A DNA stretch of 64,000 nt, taken from positions 9,360-73,359 of the forward strand of contig JAZDNO010000023.1 of assembly GCA_043799545.1 (NCBI GenBank). The letters run 5' to 3'. The translations under genes were made by a program, and so were the position numbers. Numbering within the stretch: the first letter of the stretch is position 1; each line of letters begins with the position of its first letter. Of this stretch, positions 1-8,241 are shown in pieces. Source of the stretch: Methanobacteriota archaeon (lineage in GTDB: Archaea; Thermoplasmatota; Thermoplasmata; SG8-5; DAIRED01). A model generated the notes under the pieces. The model was not told the origin of the DNA and searched no databases. It saw only the letters and a list, made by a program, of their open reading frames with translations.

Positions 1-49
1 CGAGCCGAACGCCCAGGGGGTCAAATCCCAGGGCGTGGATGGAACATGC

Positions 50-127
50 CTAATCGTCATACGTGAGCGGGCAGCCGTACAGGGCGTACATCTCCCGCCA
101 GCCGCAATCCGGTACATCGTCGTCCAT
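50..127 (-). CDS. Putative 25-aa small protein MDDDVPDCGWREMYALYGCPLTYDD (below the ORF-track cutoff)
   Basis: ATG at 127, TAG at 50-52. Strong SD (AGGTGA) 4 nt upstream and an AT-rich TATA-like element at ~162-168, divergent from the DUF2797 gene. Confidence 0.5.
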   Translation of the reverse strand: MDDDVPDCGWREMYALYGCPLTYDD

Positions 128-172
128 TTTTTCACCTGCATGACAGTTATGCCCGGAGGAGTATTATAGGGT

Positions 173-1126
173 ATGATCGAGAGGTCGCCGAAAGTGCGAG
201 CCAGCGCAACTGAAAATGCGTGCCACTTTCACCCCTCTCCGAGGGAAAACGGTAATACCTCCCGTGCGCATGTGCTTGCGATGTTCGTCCGTTCCGACTC
301 GCTCCTGGAGAAGCCTGGCGAAGCCCGTTCGCTCCACGTCCTGTCGTTCGACTGGAACGGGTTCGATCCCTCCGTCACGGCGTGGGACGCCGCGCGCTCC
401 GAGGTCGTCGAGATGAACGTCTGGAACCTGAACATGTGCGTCACGACGGCGCGGCGCTGCGTCGGGAGCTTCGACGGCGAGGATTACTTTCCCTGCCCGA
501 CGACGCGCAGAATCAGCGGCCCGTTCGCGCAGTGCCAGTCCTGCGCGGGGTCTTGGATTCCGGTTCAGCAGTGCACGTTCGAGCCGAAGTGCGACGGCAC
601 ACTGTGCGATTCAAAATTCTGCTCCCGCGAGCACGCGGTCTACGTCGCGTTCCACGGCGCGCTTGCGAAGGTCGGCATGTGCGGCGGCCACAGGGTCGCG
701 GGGCGCCTGGTGGAGCAGGGGGCGGACGCGTATGCGCTTGTCGCGGCTCTTCCGAACAGGCTGGAGGCCAGGCGTTTGGAATCTGCGATTTCGAAGGAGA
801 TGAAGATGAGGCAGCGCGTGATGTCGAAGGAGGCGCTGGCCAACTACGTCGCGCCACCGCCGTGGCAACTGATGGAGGAGAAGTGGGCCGAGCTGGGGGG
901 GCGCATCTCCGCGAAGACCGGAAGCCCGCCTGGCAAGCTCGCCCGCCTGGACAAATACCCTCTCGCCCAACCGCTGGCTTCTGCGCCGCGCTTGAGGCAG
1001 ACGATCGGCCCGCACGAGGGCAAAGTGATTGGTATAAAAGGGCGCTACGTCGTGTACGAAAACGACGGGTTGAACGCGCTGGATTTGTCGGATTTGCCTG
1101 CGAGGGTGGTAAAAATCTCTCCCTAG
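173..1126 (+). CDS. DUF2797-family protein (Cys-rich, probably Zn-binding)
   Basis: CP..R.....QCQSC, C..C...C..EHAVYVAF..KVG and RLVEQGA motifs. True start may be downstream (e.g. ATG 281), because ATG 173 lies almost on the TATA-like element. Confidence 0.75.
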   Translation: MIERSPKVRASATENACHFHPSPRENGNTSRAHVLAMFVRSDSLLEKPGEARSLHVLSFDWNGFDPSVTAWDAARSEVVEMNVWNLNMCVTTARRCVGSFDGEDYFPCPTTRRISGPFAQCQSCAGSWIPVQQCTFEPKCDGTLCDSKFCSREHAVYVAFHGALAKVGMCGGHRVAGRLVEQGADAYALVAALPNRLEARRLESAISKEMKMRQRVMSKEALANYVAPPPWQLMEEKWAELGGRISAKTGSPPGKLARLDKYPLAQPLASAPRLRQTIGPHEGKVIGIKGRYVVYENDGLNALDLSDLPARVVKISP

Positions 1127-2637
1127 AGCCACTTCACCAGCACCCTCGGCACGTTCTCCAGCACGTCCGTCGCGACGAGGCCGTAGCTCTTCTCCGCGAA
1201 GGCCATGTCCCCTGCGGAGCCGTTGACGAACGCCGCCATCCGCGCCGCCGCGAACGGGGGCGCGCCCTTTGCCAGCAGGCCGGCGCAAAGCCCCGCGAGA
1301 ACGTCCCCGGTCCCGCCGACGGTCATACCATCGTTGCCTGTGTGGTTGAATTTCACCGTGGTGCCGTCTGAGACTGCGTCCACAGCCCCCTTCTGCAGTA
1401 TCGCGAACCCCGTTGATTTCGAGAGCCTGGCGACGGCCTTGCCCCTGGGCGCGGGCTCGTCCGGCGGCGCCTTTCCTGCGAGGAGCGCGAACTCCCCGGC
1501 GTGGGGGGTCAGGATGCCGCGCTTCCCCCCGAGGATGCCGTGCTTCCTGCCTATCGCCCGGAGGCCGTCAGCGTCGACGACCATCGGTTTCTTGCACTCG
1601 GCGATGAGCTCGGCCAACGCCTCCAGCGTCTCTTCCGTCCGCCCCGCACCAGGCCCGATTAGCACTGCGTCCGCGTCCCTGGCCAGGTCGAGGCATTCCT
1701 TGACGTTCGAAGGGCGCAGTGCGGCCCCCCCGAGCGGTTTCACGATGAGGTTCGGCGAGCACGCGGCGATGGTGCGGGCGGTGGGTTCTGGCGCGGCGAC
1801 CACAGACAGGTCGGCGCCAACCCGGAGCGCAGCCAAGGCGGCGAGCGCTGGAGCGCCGGCGTACGGCCCGCCCCCGACGACGAGCACGCGCCCGTTCTGG
1901 CCCTTGCGCGAACCCTTCGCGGGGCGAGGGTACAGCACTTGCAGGTCGCCCGGGCCGATTAGACCAGCCTCGGGCGGGATGCCTATGTCCGATACGATTA
2001 TCTTTCCAGAGTTGGCGGGGTTCATGCCGTCCTTCGCCTCGTGGAAAGTCACCGTGACCTTCGGCTTTATGGAGGCCCTGGTCCCCAGGCCGCTCGGGAC
2101 ATCGACCGACAGAGTGGGCTTCCCGTGCGCGTTGAGGTCCCTGATGCATCCCAGGTACGGCTCGCGGACCTCCCCCACGGAGCCGACGCCCAGCAGCGCG
2201 TCCACGATGATGTCGCATCCGCCGTCGTAGTCCTCCCAGGAGTATATCGGCACGAGCCCCTTGAGCCTGTTGAAGTTCACCTTGGAAATCGGGTCGTGCA
2301 CGTCGTTCTTGAGCTTGACGAACTCCACGTCGAACGCCCCTCCGCACTCGGGCTTGCCCAGCCTCATCGTGGATGAGATGATGTACAGCTCGCTGCGGAC
2401 GAGGACGACCTTGACCTTAGCCTCAGGGGCAAGGTACCTGGCGGCGACGAAACCGTCTCCCCCGTTGTTGCCGGTCCCGCAGACTATGGCTACGGTCTTT
2501 CCGCGCCCCTTCATGTGCTTCAGGACAGCGTCGGCCACGGCTTTTCCAGCCCGCTCCATCATGACCTCCGGCTTCACCCCGAGGGCGATTGTGTTCTTAT
2601 CCAGGATGCGGGCTTCCGTGAAATTCATTCGAATCAT
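1123..2637 (-). CDS. nnr: Bifunctional NAD(P)H-hydrate epimerase/dehydratase (NnrE-NnrD)
   Basis: YjeF_N motifs GTGNNGGDG, DALLGVG, SVDVPSG. Ribokinase-like C-half with GPGAG, VVDADGL, LTPHAGEF and GGTGDVLAG. Confidence 0.95.
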   Translation of the reverse strand: MIRMNFTEARILDKNTIALGVKPEVMMERAGKAVADAVLKHMKGRGKTVAIVCGTGNNGGDGFVAARYLAPEAKVKVVLVRSELYIISSTMRLGKPECGGAFDVEFVKLKNDVHDPISKVNFNRLKGLVPIYSWEDYDGGCDIIVDALLGVGSVGEVREPYLGCIRDLNAHGKPTLSVDVPSGLGTRASIKPKVTVTFHEAKDGMNPANSGKIIVSDIGIPPEAGLIGPGDLQVLYPRPAKGSRKGQNGRVLVVGGGPYAGAPALAALAALRVGADLSVVAAPEPTARTIAACSPNLIVKPLGGAALRPSNVKECLDLARDADAVLIGPGAGRTEETLEALAELIAECKKPMVVDADGLRAIGRKHGILGGKRGILTPHAGEFALLAGKAPPDEPAPRGKAVARLSKSTGFAILQKGAVDAVSDGTTVKFNHTGNDGMTVGGTGDVLAGLCAGLLAKGAPPFAAARMAAFVNGSAGDMAFAEKSYGLVATDVLENVPRVLVKWL

Positions 2638-5282
2638 CTCTCCTTCAGTGCCCTGTCCAGTACGCGCTCGTACAATTTGTACTCTTCGCTGCGGGCGAAC
2701 TCCGCTATCTTGTCGTCCGGCAGGTGCTCGAGGATGTCGTCGAGCTTCTTCAGAACCCTCGCCAGCTCAGCCTCCTCCGATTTCCTCGCCTTGGAATCCC
2801 TCTCGAGGGCGTCGAGGCGCTCCCGCTGCTTCGCGCGCCTGGATATCTCCCTGTTGAACTCGTCGAGCCTGCTCTTGAAGTCCTCCCTGGCCTTCTCCAC
2901 CTCGCGCTCCCTCTTCGCGAGCTCCTCTATGCGTTGCGTGAGCATCATGCGCTCGGCCGTCACGCGCTCCAGCTCCCGCCTCAGCTTCTCGACGTCGTTG
3001 GCCTGCCCCTCCCTCTTGGCCTTCTTCCTCAGCCCCTCTCCGGGGGTCATCCCTTTCTCGAGCGGATGGATTGCCGGGCCTCCGGCGTCTGAGGACAGCC
3101 TTCTCACGCTTCCGTCGAAGAGCAGCCCGCGCATAGACAGCGGGGCCAGGAGCCGCTCCTCGTCAACCTGGAACACCTCCATCACGCAGTCGAATATCTC
3201 CATGAGTATCGCGACCGCGCTCGCGTCGTGCGCCCCCTTGTCCATCGTGAAAGCGCTCGTGGCGCCAGCCTGCCTCAGCTTGCCAGCGAGGGAGAGGGCG
3301 AACTTGATGACTGAGCCGGACTCGTCCGACCTGAGGGCGCTGGAGGTCGCGTCGCTGACGCAGCGGAGGCCCTTGGACGAGCCGAGGTGCCTCAGCGCCG
3401 AGTCTATGGCCACGCCGAGGTTGGTGAGGTCGTTCGAAGCGACGAAACGGTTCCCGTCCCGTTCGACGCCTATGACCCTGCGCTGGGTGTGCGAGTGCCA
3501 GTCCACGACGGCCACGCGGTTGCGGTTCTCCGGAGCCTCCAGGTCCAGGCCCACGGCGCGGTACTCGGCAACGAGGTCGGCCGCGCCCTTCCGCGCGGTG
3601 ATGACTAGCAGCGGCCCGCCGAGGGAGAACCCGCCCCTTGCAAAATGTACCAGAAGCGAATCCCGGATCGGCTCGGGATGGCCGTAGACGAGGATTGACG
3701 ACATGTCCGGAAAGCCGGCGCCGAACACCGCGTCGAGGCCCGGTATGCCCGAGACCGTCCTGTCCGCGCGGTCCTGCACATTCACCATCGACGCGTTCAC
3801 GCCGCTGGAGAACGTCAGCCCCGCTCTGTCCATGGAAATTCCTATCTGGTTCAGGTCGACGAGTCCCGCCATCGCGCTTACCACCCGGAGGCTGCGCCTG
3901 ACCTGGTCGTCGACCTCGCGCTCGATTTCCAGCACGCCGTCCAGTGCGGAGTGGAGCTGGCGCAGCTCCCGCTCATCGTGCGCCTCCTTCGTGAGGACGA
4001 AAAGCGAGGTCAGGCCGGACTTGGAGAGCTTGGCCTTGGCCATGGCCAGGAACTCGTACGCGGTTTCGGCGTCGTTCAGCACGGCGGAGTAGCTAGTGAA
4101 GTCCAGCACGGCGCGCATCACGGGCGTTTGCTTGAGCGTCCGTATGGCCGAGCCCAGGGCGAGCCCGAGGTTCGTGACGTCCTCGGAGCAGGCTATCACG
4201 CCGGGCTTTTCCTCGAAACCCGAGACGCTCCTCATCCTGCACGAGTAATAATCCACGATGACCAGCGCCCTGGTCTTGACGTGCTTCGCGCAATCGACAC
4301 CGAGCGCCTCCAGCTCGGCGAAGACCTCGTCCGGGCCCCTGCCGGAAGAGACTATGAGAACTGAGCCGCCGCAGTCCAGCCCCTCCTTCGCGAACCTCAG
4401 CGCGACTGCGTACTTCTCCCATCCTGGCGGACCCTGGAGGGCGAAGGACGAGCCCTTGGGGATGCCTCCCCGCAGCGCGGAATCCAGCGGGTCGATGCCG
4501 AAGCGCACGTGCCTGGCAATCGCCCCTCGGAGTATCGTCTCCGACACGCCAAGCCGTTCGACCGCGTCGCCGTAGGCCGCGAGCCTGGGCCTGAGCAGCG
4601 CGACGGCGTCCTCGAAAGCCCTCGGCCTGTCGAAGTAGGTCTCGCCCAGCTCGACTAGCGAATCGAGGGCGTGCGACATCGCCGCCGCCGCCTTTAACGG
4701 CTCTATCTCCTCGTCCAGCTTGACCTGCACCTTGCCGCCCGCGAGCTCCGCCTTCGCAGTCCCGGTCAGAGCGTGGCTGAGCTTGTTCTTGTAGACCGGG
4801 AGCTGCTCCGGCTTTGCGGACGATATCAGGGCGCCGTAGATGTCCGAGAAGATGGCCTCAAGCTGGTCGCGGTCGCCCATGGAAGAGACGTCCTCCACGA
4901 ACTCCTCGGCTGAGAAACGCTGGAGTATCGGCAGGGCGTCCCAAAGCCCGAGGCGTGTAATCTCGCCTGCTTTGGAAGCGGCGAAGTCGTTGACCGGGGC
5001 TGCGAGCATGCGCTCCGCATCCTCGGCCCCCAGGAAAATCTCGATGAACCCGCGCACGGCCTCCAGCACGGCGTTGATGGCCGCGAGGCCGTCTTCGTCG
5101 TCGGGGAGCGCCGAGCAATCGGGCACCAGGCCGGCCGACACGGCAATCTTGGAAACGAAAGGGCTCTCCTTCTCGAACCTGGACATGCCCACTTTGAACT
5201 GCAGTTCCGTCAGGACCTCCCTGTTTCCGCTGAGAACAGCCGCTAAAAGGTCTGACGCCAGCGCGATCCTCGTGACCGCCAT
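2634..5282 (-). CDS. Large RAD55/KaiC-like protein: helical N-domain, two degenerate RecA/KaiC domains, C-terminal coiled coil
   Basis: RFGIDPLDSALRGGIPKGSSFALQGPPGWEK and SGIPGLDAVFGAGFPDMSSILVYGHP starts, DGVLEI/DCVMEV strands, E/R/K-rich tail. ATGA overlap with nnr. Confidence 0.85.
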   Translation of the reverse strand: MAVTRIALASDLLAAVLSGNREVLTELQFKVGMSRFEKESPFVSKIAVSAGLVPDCSALPDDEDGLAAINAVLEAVRGFIEIFLGAEDAERMLAAPVNDFAASKAGEITRLGLWDALPILQRFSAEEFVEDVSSMGDRDQLEAIFSDIYGALISSAKPEQLPVYKNKLSHALTGTAKAELAGGKVQVKLDEEIEPLKAAAAMSHALDSLVELGETYFDRPRAFEDAVALLRPRLAAYGDAVERLGVSETILRGAIARHVRFGIDPLDSALRGGIPKGSSFALQGPPGWEKYAVALRFAKEGLDCGGSVLIVSSGRGPDEVFAELEALGVDCAKHVKTRALVIVDYYSCRMRSVSGFEEKPGVIACSEDVTNLGLALGSAIRTLKQTPVMRAVLDFTSYSAVLNDAETAYEFLAMAKAKLSKSGLTSLFVLTKEAHDERELRQLHSALDGVLEIEREVDDQVRRSLRVVSAMAGLVDLNQIGISMDRAGLTFSSGVNASMVNVQDRADRTVSGIPGLDAVFGAGFPDMSSILVYGHPEPIRDSLLVHFARGGFSLGGPLLVITARKGAADLVAEYRAVGLDLEAPENRNRVAVVDWHSHTQRRVIGVERDGNRFVASNDLTNLGVAIDSALRHLGSSKGLRCVSDATSSALRSDESGSVIKFALSLAGKLRQAGATSAFTMDKGAHDASAVAILMEIFDCVMEVFQVDEERLLAPLSMRGLLFDGSVRRLSSDAGGPAIHPLEKGMTPGEGLRKKAKREGQANDVEKLRRELERVTAERMMLTQRIEELAKREREVEKAREDFKSRLDEFNREISRRAKQRERLDALERDSKARKSEEAELARVLKKLDDILEHLPDDKIAEFARSEEYKLYERVLDRALKER

Positions 5283-5301
5283 CGGGAGCCCGGCCCCCCG
5301 C

Positions 5302-6027
5302 TCAGAAGACCTTGGAGTCAGCCGACACCGTGATGCCAGTCTGGCCGATGAGCAGCGGGTGCTTGGTCGTGTCGTGCTTGGTGAACCTCATCTTCCTGAC
5401 GGTTATCGTGCGCCTCAGCTCCCCCTTGACATCTTCCAGGCCGAGGTTGATGAACGAGTCGGCGATGAACTGCTCGATGCCGTATCTGGTGAGTCCTCCG
5501 CCCTCGACGGATTCGGTTATCAGGAGAGAGGTCATGTCGCGGCCCTTGAGCGATGCTGCGAACTTGAAAAGCTCCCTCCGGAGCCTGCCCGTCGAGTCCT
5601 CGTAGTAAAGGCCTATTGCGGTCAGCGAGTCAATGGCGAGCCGCTTCGCCTTTGTGAATTGCATGAGGTTGTCCAGGAGCACCCTGAGCGCCTCGAAGCC
5701 GACGACGCCCTCCTCCTCGCTCGCGTCGCACCTGGCGCGTATCTCGCCCATGTCGAGGATGACGAGCTTCCCCTCCTTCTCGTACTTCTCGATATCCATG
5801 GCGTAGTTGCTCATGGCCCTGATGATGCTGTCCCTGCTCTCCTCAAGGGTTAGATAGATGCCAGCCTCGCCGTAGTCCTTTGCTCCATTGTATAAAAACT
5901 GCATTGCGAGCAAGCTCTTCGCGCTTCCAGCCGGCCCGCTGATGAGGTTGACCGTGTTCTCCGGCAGCCCTCCGCCTACCAATTCGTCCAATCCGTGAAT
6001 CCCCGTCGGAACCCTAGTCCTGCCCAT
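5302..6027 (-). CDS. KaiC/RAD55-family ATPase (single domain)
   Basis: RVPTGIHGLDELVGGGLP, Walker A variant GPAGSAKS, LTLEES, RLAIDSL, VRKMRFT. Start placed at ATG 6027, which has a GGTGGTG SD. Confidence 0.92.
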   Translation of the reverse strand: MGRTRVPTGIHGLDELVGGGLPENTVNLISGPAGSAKSLLAMQFLYNGAKDYGEAGIYLTLEESRDSIIRAMSNYAMDIEKYEKEGKLVILDMGEIRARCDASEEEGVVGFEALRVLLDNLMQFTKAKRLAIDSLTAIGLYYEDSTGRLRRELFKFAASLKGRDMTSLLITESVEGGGLTRYGIEQFIADSFINLGLEDVKGELRRTITVRKMRFTKHDTTKHPLLIGQTGITVSADSKVF

Positions 6028-6268
6028 TGCCAACACCACCGTTCTCCTTCAATTTCCTTATGCTGATTACGACCTTCTCCGTCTGGTCGCCGATGAAGAA
6101 CGGCAGGACGTCCTTCAGCTTCACCGAGAGGACTTGCAGGTCGTCCCCGCTCATCTCCTCCAGGTTTATGTTCGCATCCTGGCTTTGCTTCATCAGCACG
6201 TACTTCGACATCGCCCCGAGCGGGCTTTCCTCCATGATTGCGAGGACCATCTTGCTAAGGACGTTCAT
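6014..6268 (-). CDS. Small helical hypothetical protein in KaiC operon (~84 aa)
   Basis: Start MNVLSK at 6268 overlaps the upstream TGA (ATGA coupling); 3' end overlaps the kaiC-like start. Confidence 0.7.
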   Translation of the reverse strand: MNVLSKMVLAIMEESPLGAMSKYVLMKQSQDANINLEEMSGDDLQVLSVKLKDVLPFFIGDQTEKVVISIRKLKENGGVGNGQD

Positions 6269-6558
6269 TTGCCCTCGCCCTTTAGGAGTTTCATGCCCTT
6301 CAGCTCGCTCAGCACGCGGTTGCACTCATCCCCCTCGAAGCAAGATTTGACGGACGTGGTTAGCATGATGTTTGTGGTCGTCCTGCCGAAGGCTGAATCG
6401 AGGGATTCGGTAAGGGTCCTCAGGGAGTCGTCGGGCTGGTTTTTGTCGAAACCGTCCTCGCCCACGCTGACGATGTTCTTGGCCATCTGGAAGCCGATTG
6501 CGCGGCTAAGTGTCCTGTAGAGTTCCCTGTATATTTTCTCGGCAGACGCTGGATCCAT
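6265..6558 (-). CDS. Small helical hypothetical protein, first gene of KaiC operon
   Basis: Coherent globular ORF (MDPASAEKIY...). Start uncertain (6558, 6570 or 6594). Confidence 0.7.
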   Translation of the reverse strand: MDPASAEKIYRELYRTLSRAIGFQMAKNIVSVGEDGFDKNQPDDSLRTLTESLDSAFGRTTTNIMLTTSVKSCFEGDECNRVLSELKGMKLLKGEGK

Positions 6559-6674
6559 CACACCACCCATGTCGACATCACGTCGCATCTCCATTTAATC
6601 GCAGATGACTCTTTACATATAAAATGGTTTTTAAAGGCCTCAAACCTTTTATCGGTGGTGCGGGATTGCGGCTC

Positions 6675-7385
6675 ATGAAGGCTGGAATGGGCAGGGCGCT
6701 CCGCCGGGCGTTTCGCCAGGACGACCTGCTGGCAAACATCGTTCCGAGGAGGGCGGGCGCGTCGTCGCAGCTCATGCACCCCGTCCGCATGGCCATGTTC
6801 GCCCGCTCGACTTTCAGGCCGTGCAGCTGCCTTCGCTCCCTCGCCCGGAGCTCGGGCGTGAGCGCCCCCGTCGCCGCCCGCCACCTCGCGCGCATGGAGG
6901 CGTCTGGCCTTATAACCAGCGCGAAGCTGGGCAACAGAAAGGTTTTCGCGCCGTTGGGCATGGTCGACCCACATGACACGGCGGTTTTTTCGCTTCTCAG
7001 CGAGGACGCCCCGCGCAAGGCGCTACGGCAAATCGTTCTCGGGTCCGCGCCGAACCAGCGCACGCTCGCCAGAAAGCTCCGCACCTACCAGCAGGAAGCA
7101 TCGCTCGTGCTGGCCGGGCTCGCAGGCGCAGAATTGCTCGAAGTGCGGCGGGCGGGACGCGAAGCCCGGTACTCCCCGTCGGTGAAGCTGCTGGAGATGG
7201 CCGAATTTTACGAAAGACGCGAGCCGGGATTCCGCGCCTGGCTGCTGTCAGCGCTCGATTCCGACGGCGTCGCGCCGCGCGCGGTCGGGAAGCGTGCCGG
7301 AACCGTTGTCATCGAGGCGGACCGCGGGGAGTCGAGGGTGCAGGTCGTTTTTCAAACGCATCCTTTGAGCGACGTCCTGAGGTAG
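6675..7385 (+). CDS. Winged helix-turn-helix transcriptional regulator with two tandem wHTH units
   Basis: LRSLARSSGVSAPVAARHLARMEASGLI and QRTLARKLRTYQQEASLVLAGLAGAELL helix-turn-helix patterns. Divergent from the KaiC operon; start 6675 or 6687. Confidence 0.7.
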   Translation: MKAGMGRALRRAFRQDDLLANIVPRRAGASSQLMHPVRMAMFARSTFRPCSCLRSLARSSGVSAPVAARHLARMEASGLITSAKLGNRKVFAPLGMVDPHDTAVFSLLSEDAPRKALRQIVLGSAPNQRTLARKLRTYQQEASLVLAGLAGAELLEVRRAGREARYSPSVKLLEMAEFYERREPGFRAWLLSALDSDGVAPRAVGKRAGTVVIEADRGESRVQVVFQTHPLSDVLR

Positions 7386-7419
7386 CGAATCATTTTTACC
7401 GGGAGAGCGATGCACCCGC

Positions 7420-8241
7420 GTGAAGGTCCTCCACGTCCACAACGTCGCCCACGTACCCATCACGCTCTGCAAGGCGCTGCGAGCAGCAGGGGTCGAGGCG
7501 GATTTCGCCGAAGAAGTTTCCGGCGCGAGCGTGTCGGATTACGACATCGTCCACGTTCACTACGCCGTGAACAGGAAGTCGCTCGCGGGCATCCGCGCGG
7601 CGCGGAGGCTCGGCAAGCCCGTCGTGCTGCACCACCACGGCTCCGACGTGCGCCAGGTTACGGGTTCGGGCATGGCCCCCCTGCCGTTCTGGCGCTCGGC
7701 CGTGAGCGGCTGGGCCAGGAAACGTTCTGACTGGGTCGTCCTCGCCACGCCGGACCTCATCCGGTTCTGCCCGAGCGGAACCTACGTCCCGAACCCCGTC
7801 GACACGGAGATGTTCCGACCTACCGCGGGGGAGAAGCTCGACCGCGTGCTAATCTGCGGGCGCCAGGTGAAAGGCTCGCGCCTGATGAAATTCATCGACC
7901 CTGCCAGGCAGTACGATAGCATCAACACGGGGCTGCCGTTGAAGCTTCCGTCGAACGTGCGCGTTCTGCAGCCGGTCCCCCGCGCCGAGTTCCCTGCGTT
8001 TCTGAACAGATACCCGGAGATGATGGGCGCGATAGGGGACCTGGTGACGATGGCGCGCATGGAGGCAATGGCGTGCAGCTTGAAGACGTTCTCGGATTTC
8101 GACGAGTCGTACGTGAAGTTTTACGACGGAGAAAATCCGGACAGGGTCGATGACCCGCGGGCGTTCGTCCAGCGCCACCACGATTCGCAGAAGGTCGCAC
8201 GGAAGGTCATTGATATTTACGAAGAAATCCTCAAGGCTTGA
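7420..8241 (+). CDS. Glycosyltransferase, GT4 (GT-B) family
   Basis: MKVLHV, DIVHVH, PVVLHHHGSDVR, YVPNPVDTEMF and MEAMAC motifs. Confidence 0.85.
   Translation: MKVLHVHNVAHVPITLCKALRAAGVEADFAEEVSGASVSDYDIVHVHYAVNRKSLAGIRAARRLGKPVVLHHHGSDVRQVTGSGMAPLPFWRSAVSGWARKRSDWVVLATPDLIRFCPSGTYVPNPVDTEMFRPTAGEKLDRVLICGRQVKGSRLMKFIDPARQYDSINTGLPLKLPSNVRVLQPVPRAEFPAFLNRYPEMMGAIGDLVTMARMEAMACSLKTFSDFDESYVKFYDGENPDRVDDPRAFVQRHHDSQKVARKVIDIYEEILKA

Noticed and set aside
1-60. Minus-strand frame MTIRHVPSTPWDLTPWAFGS running off the window
   Set aside because: Only 20 codons are visible and there is no SD, so it cannot be called. Mentioned under the small-peptide finding.
382-5853. Long alternative-frame ORFs (382-1371, 1205-2230, 2515-3687, 4840-5853)
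   Set aside because: They overlap well-supported genes, are Arg/Ser/Ala-rich and have no recognisable motifs.
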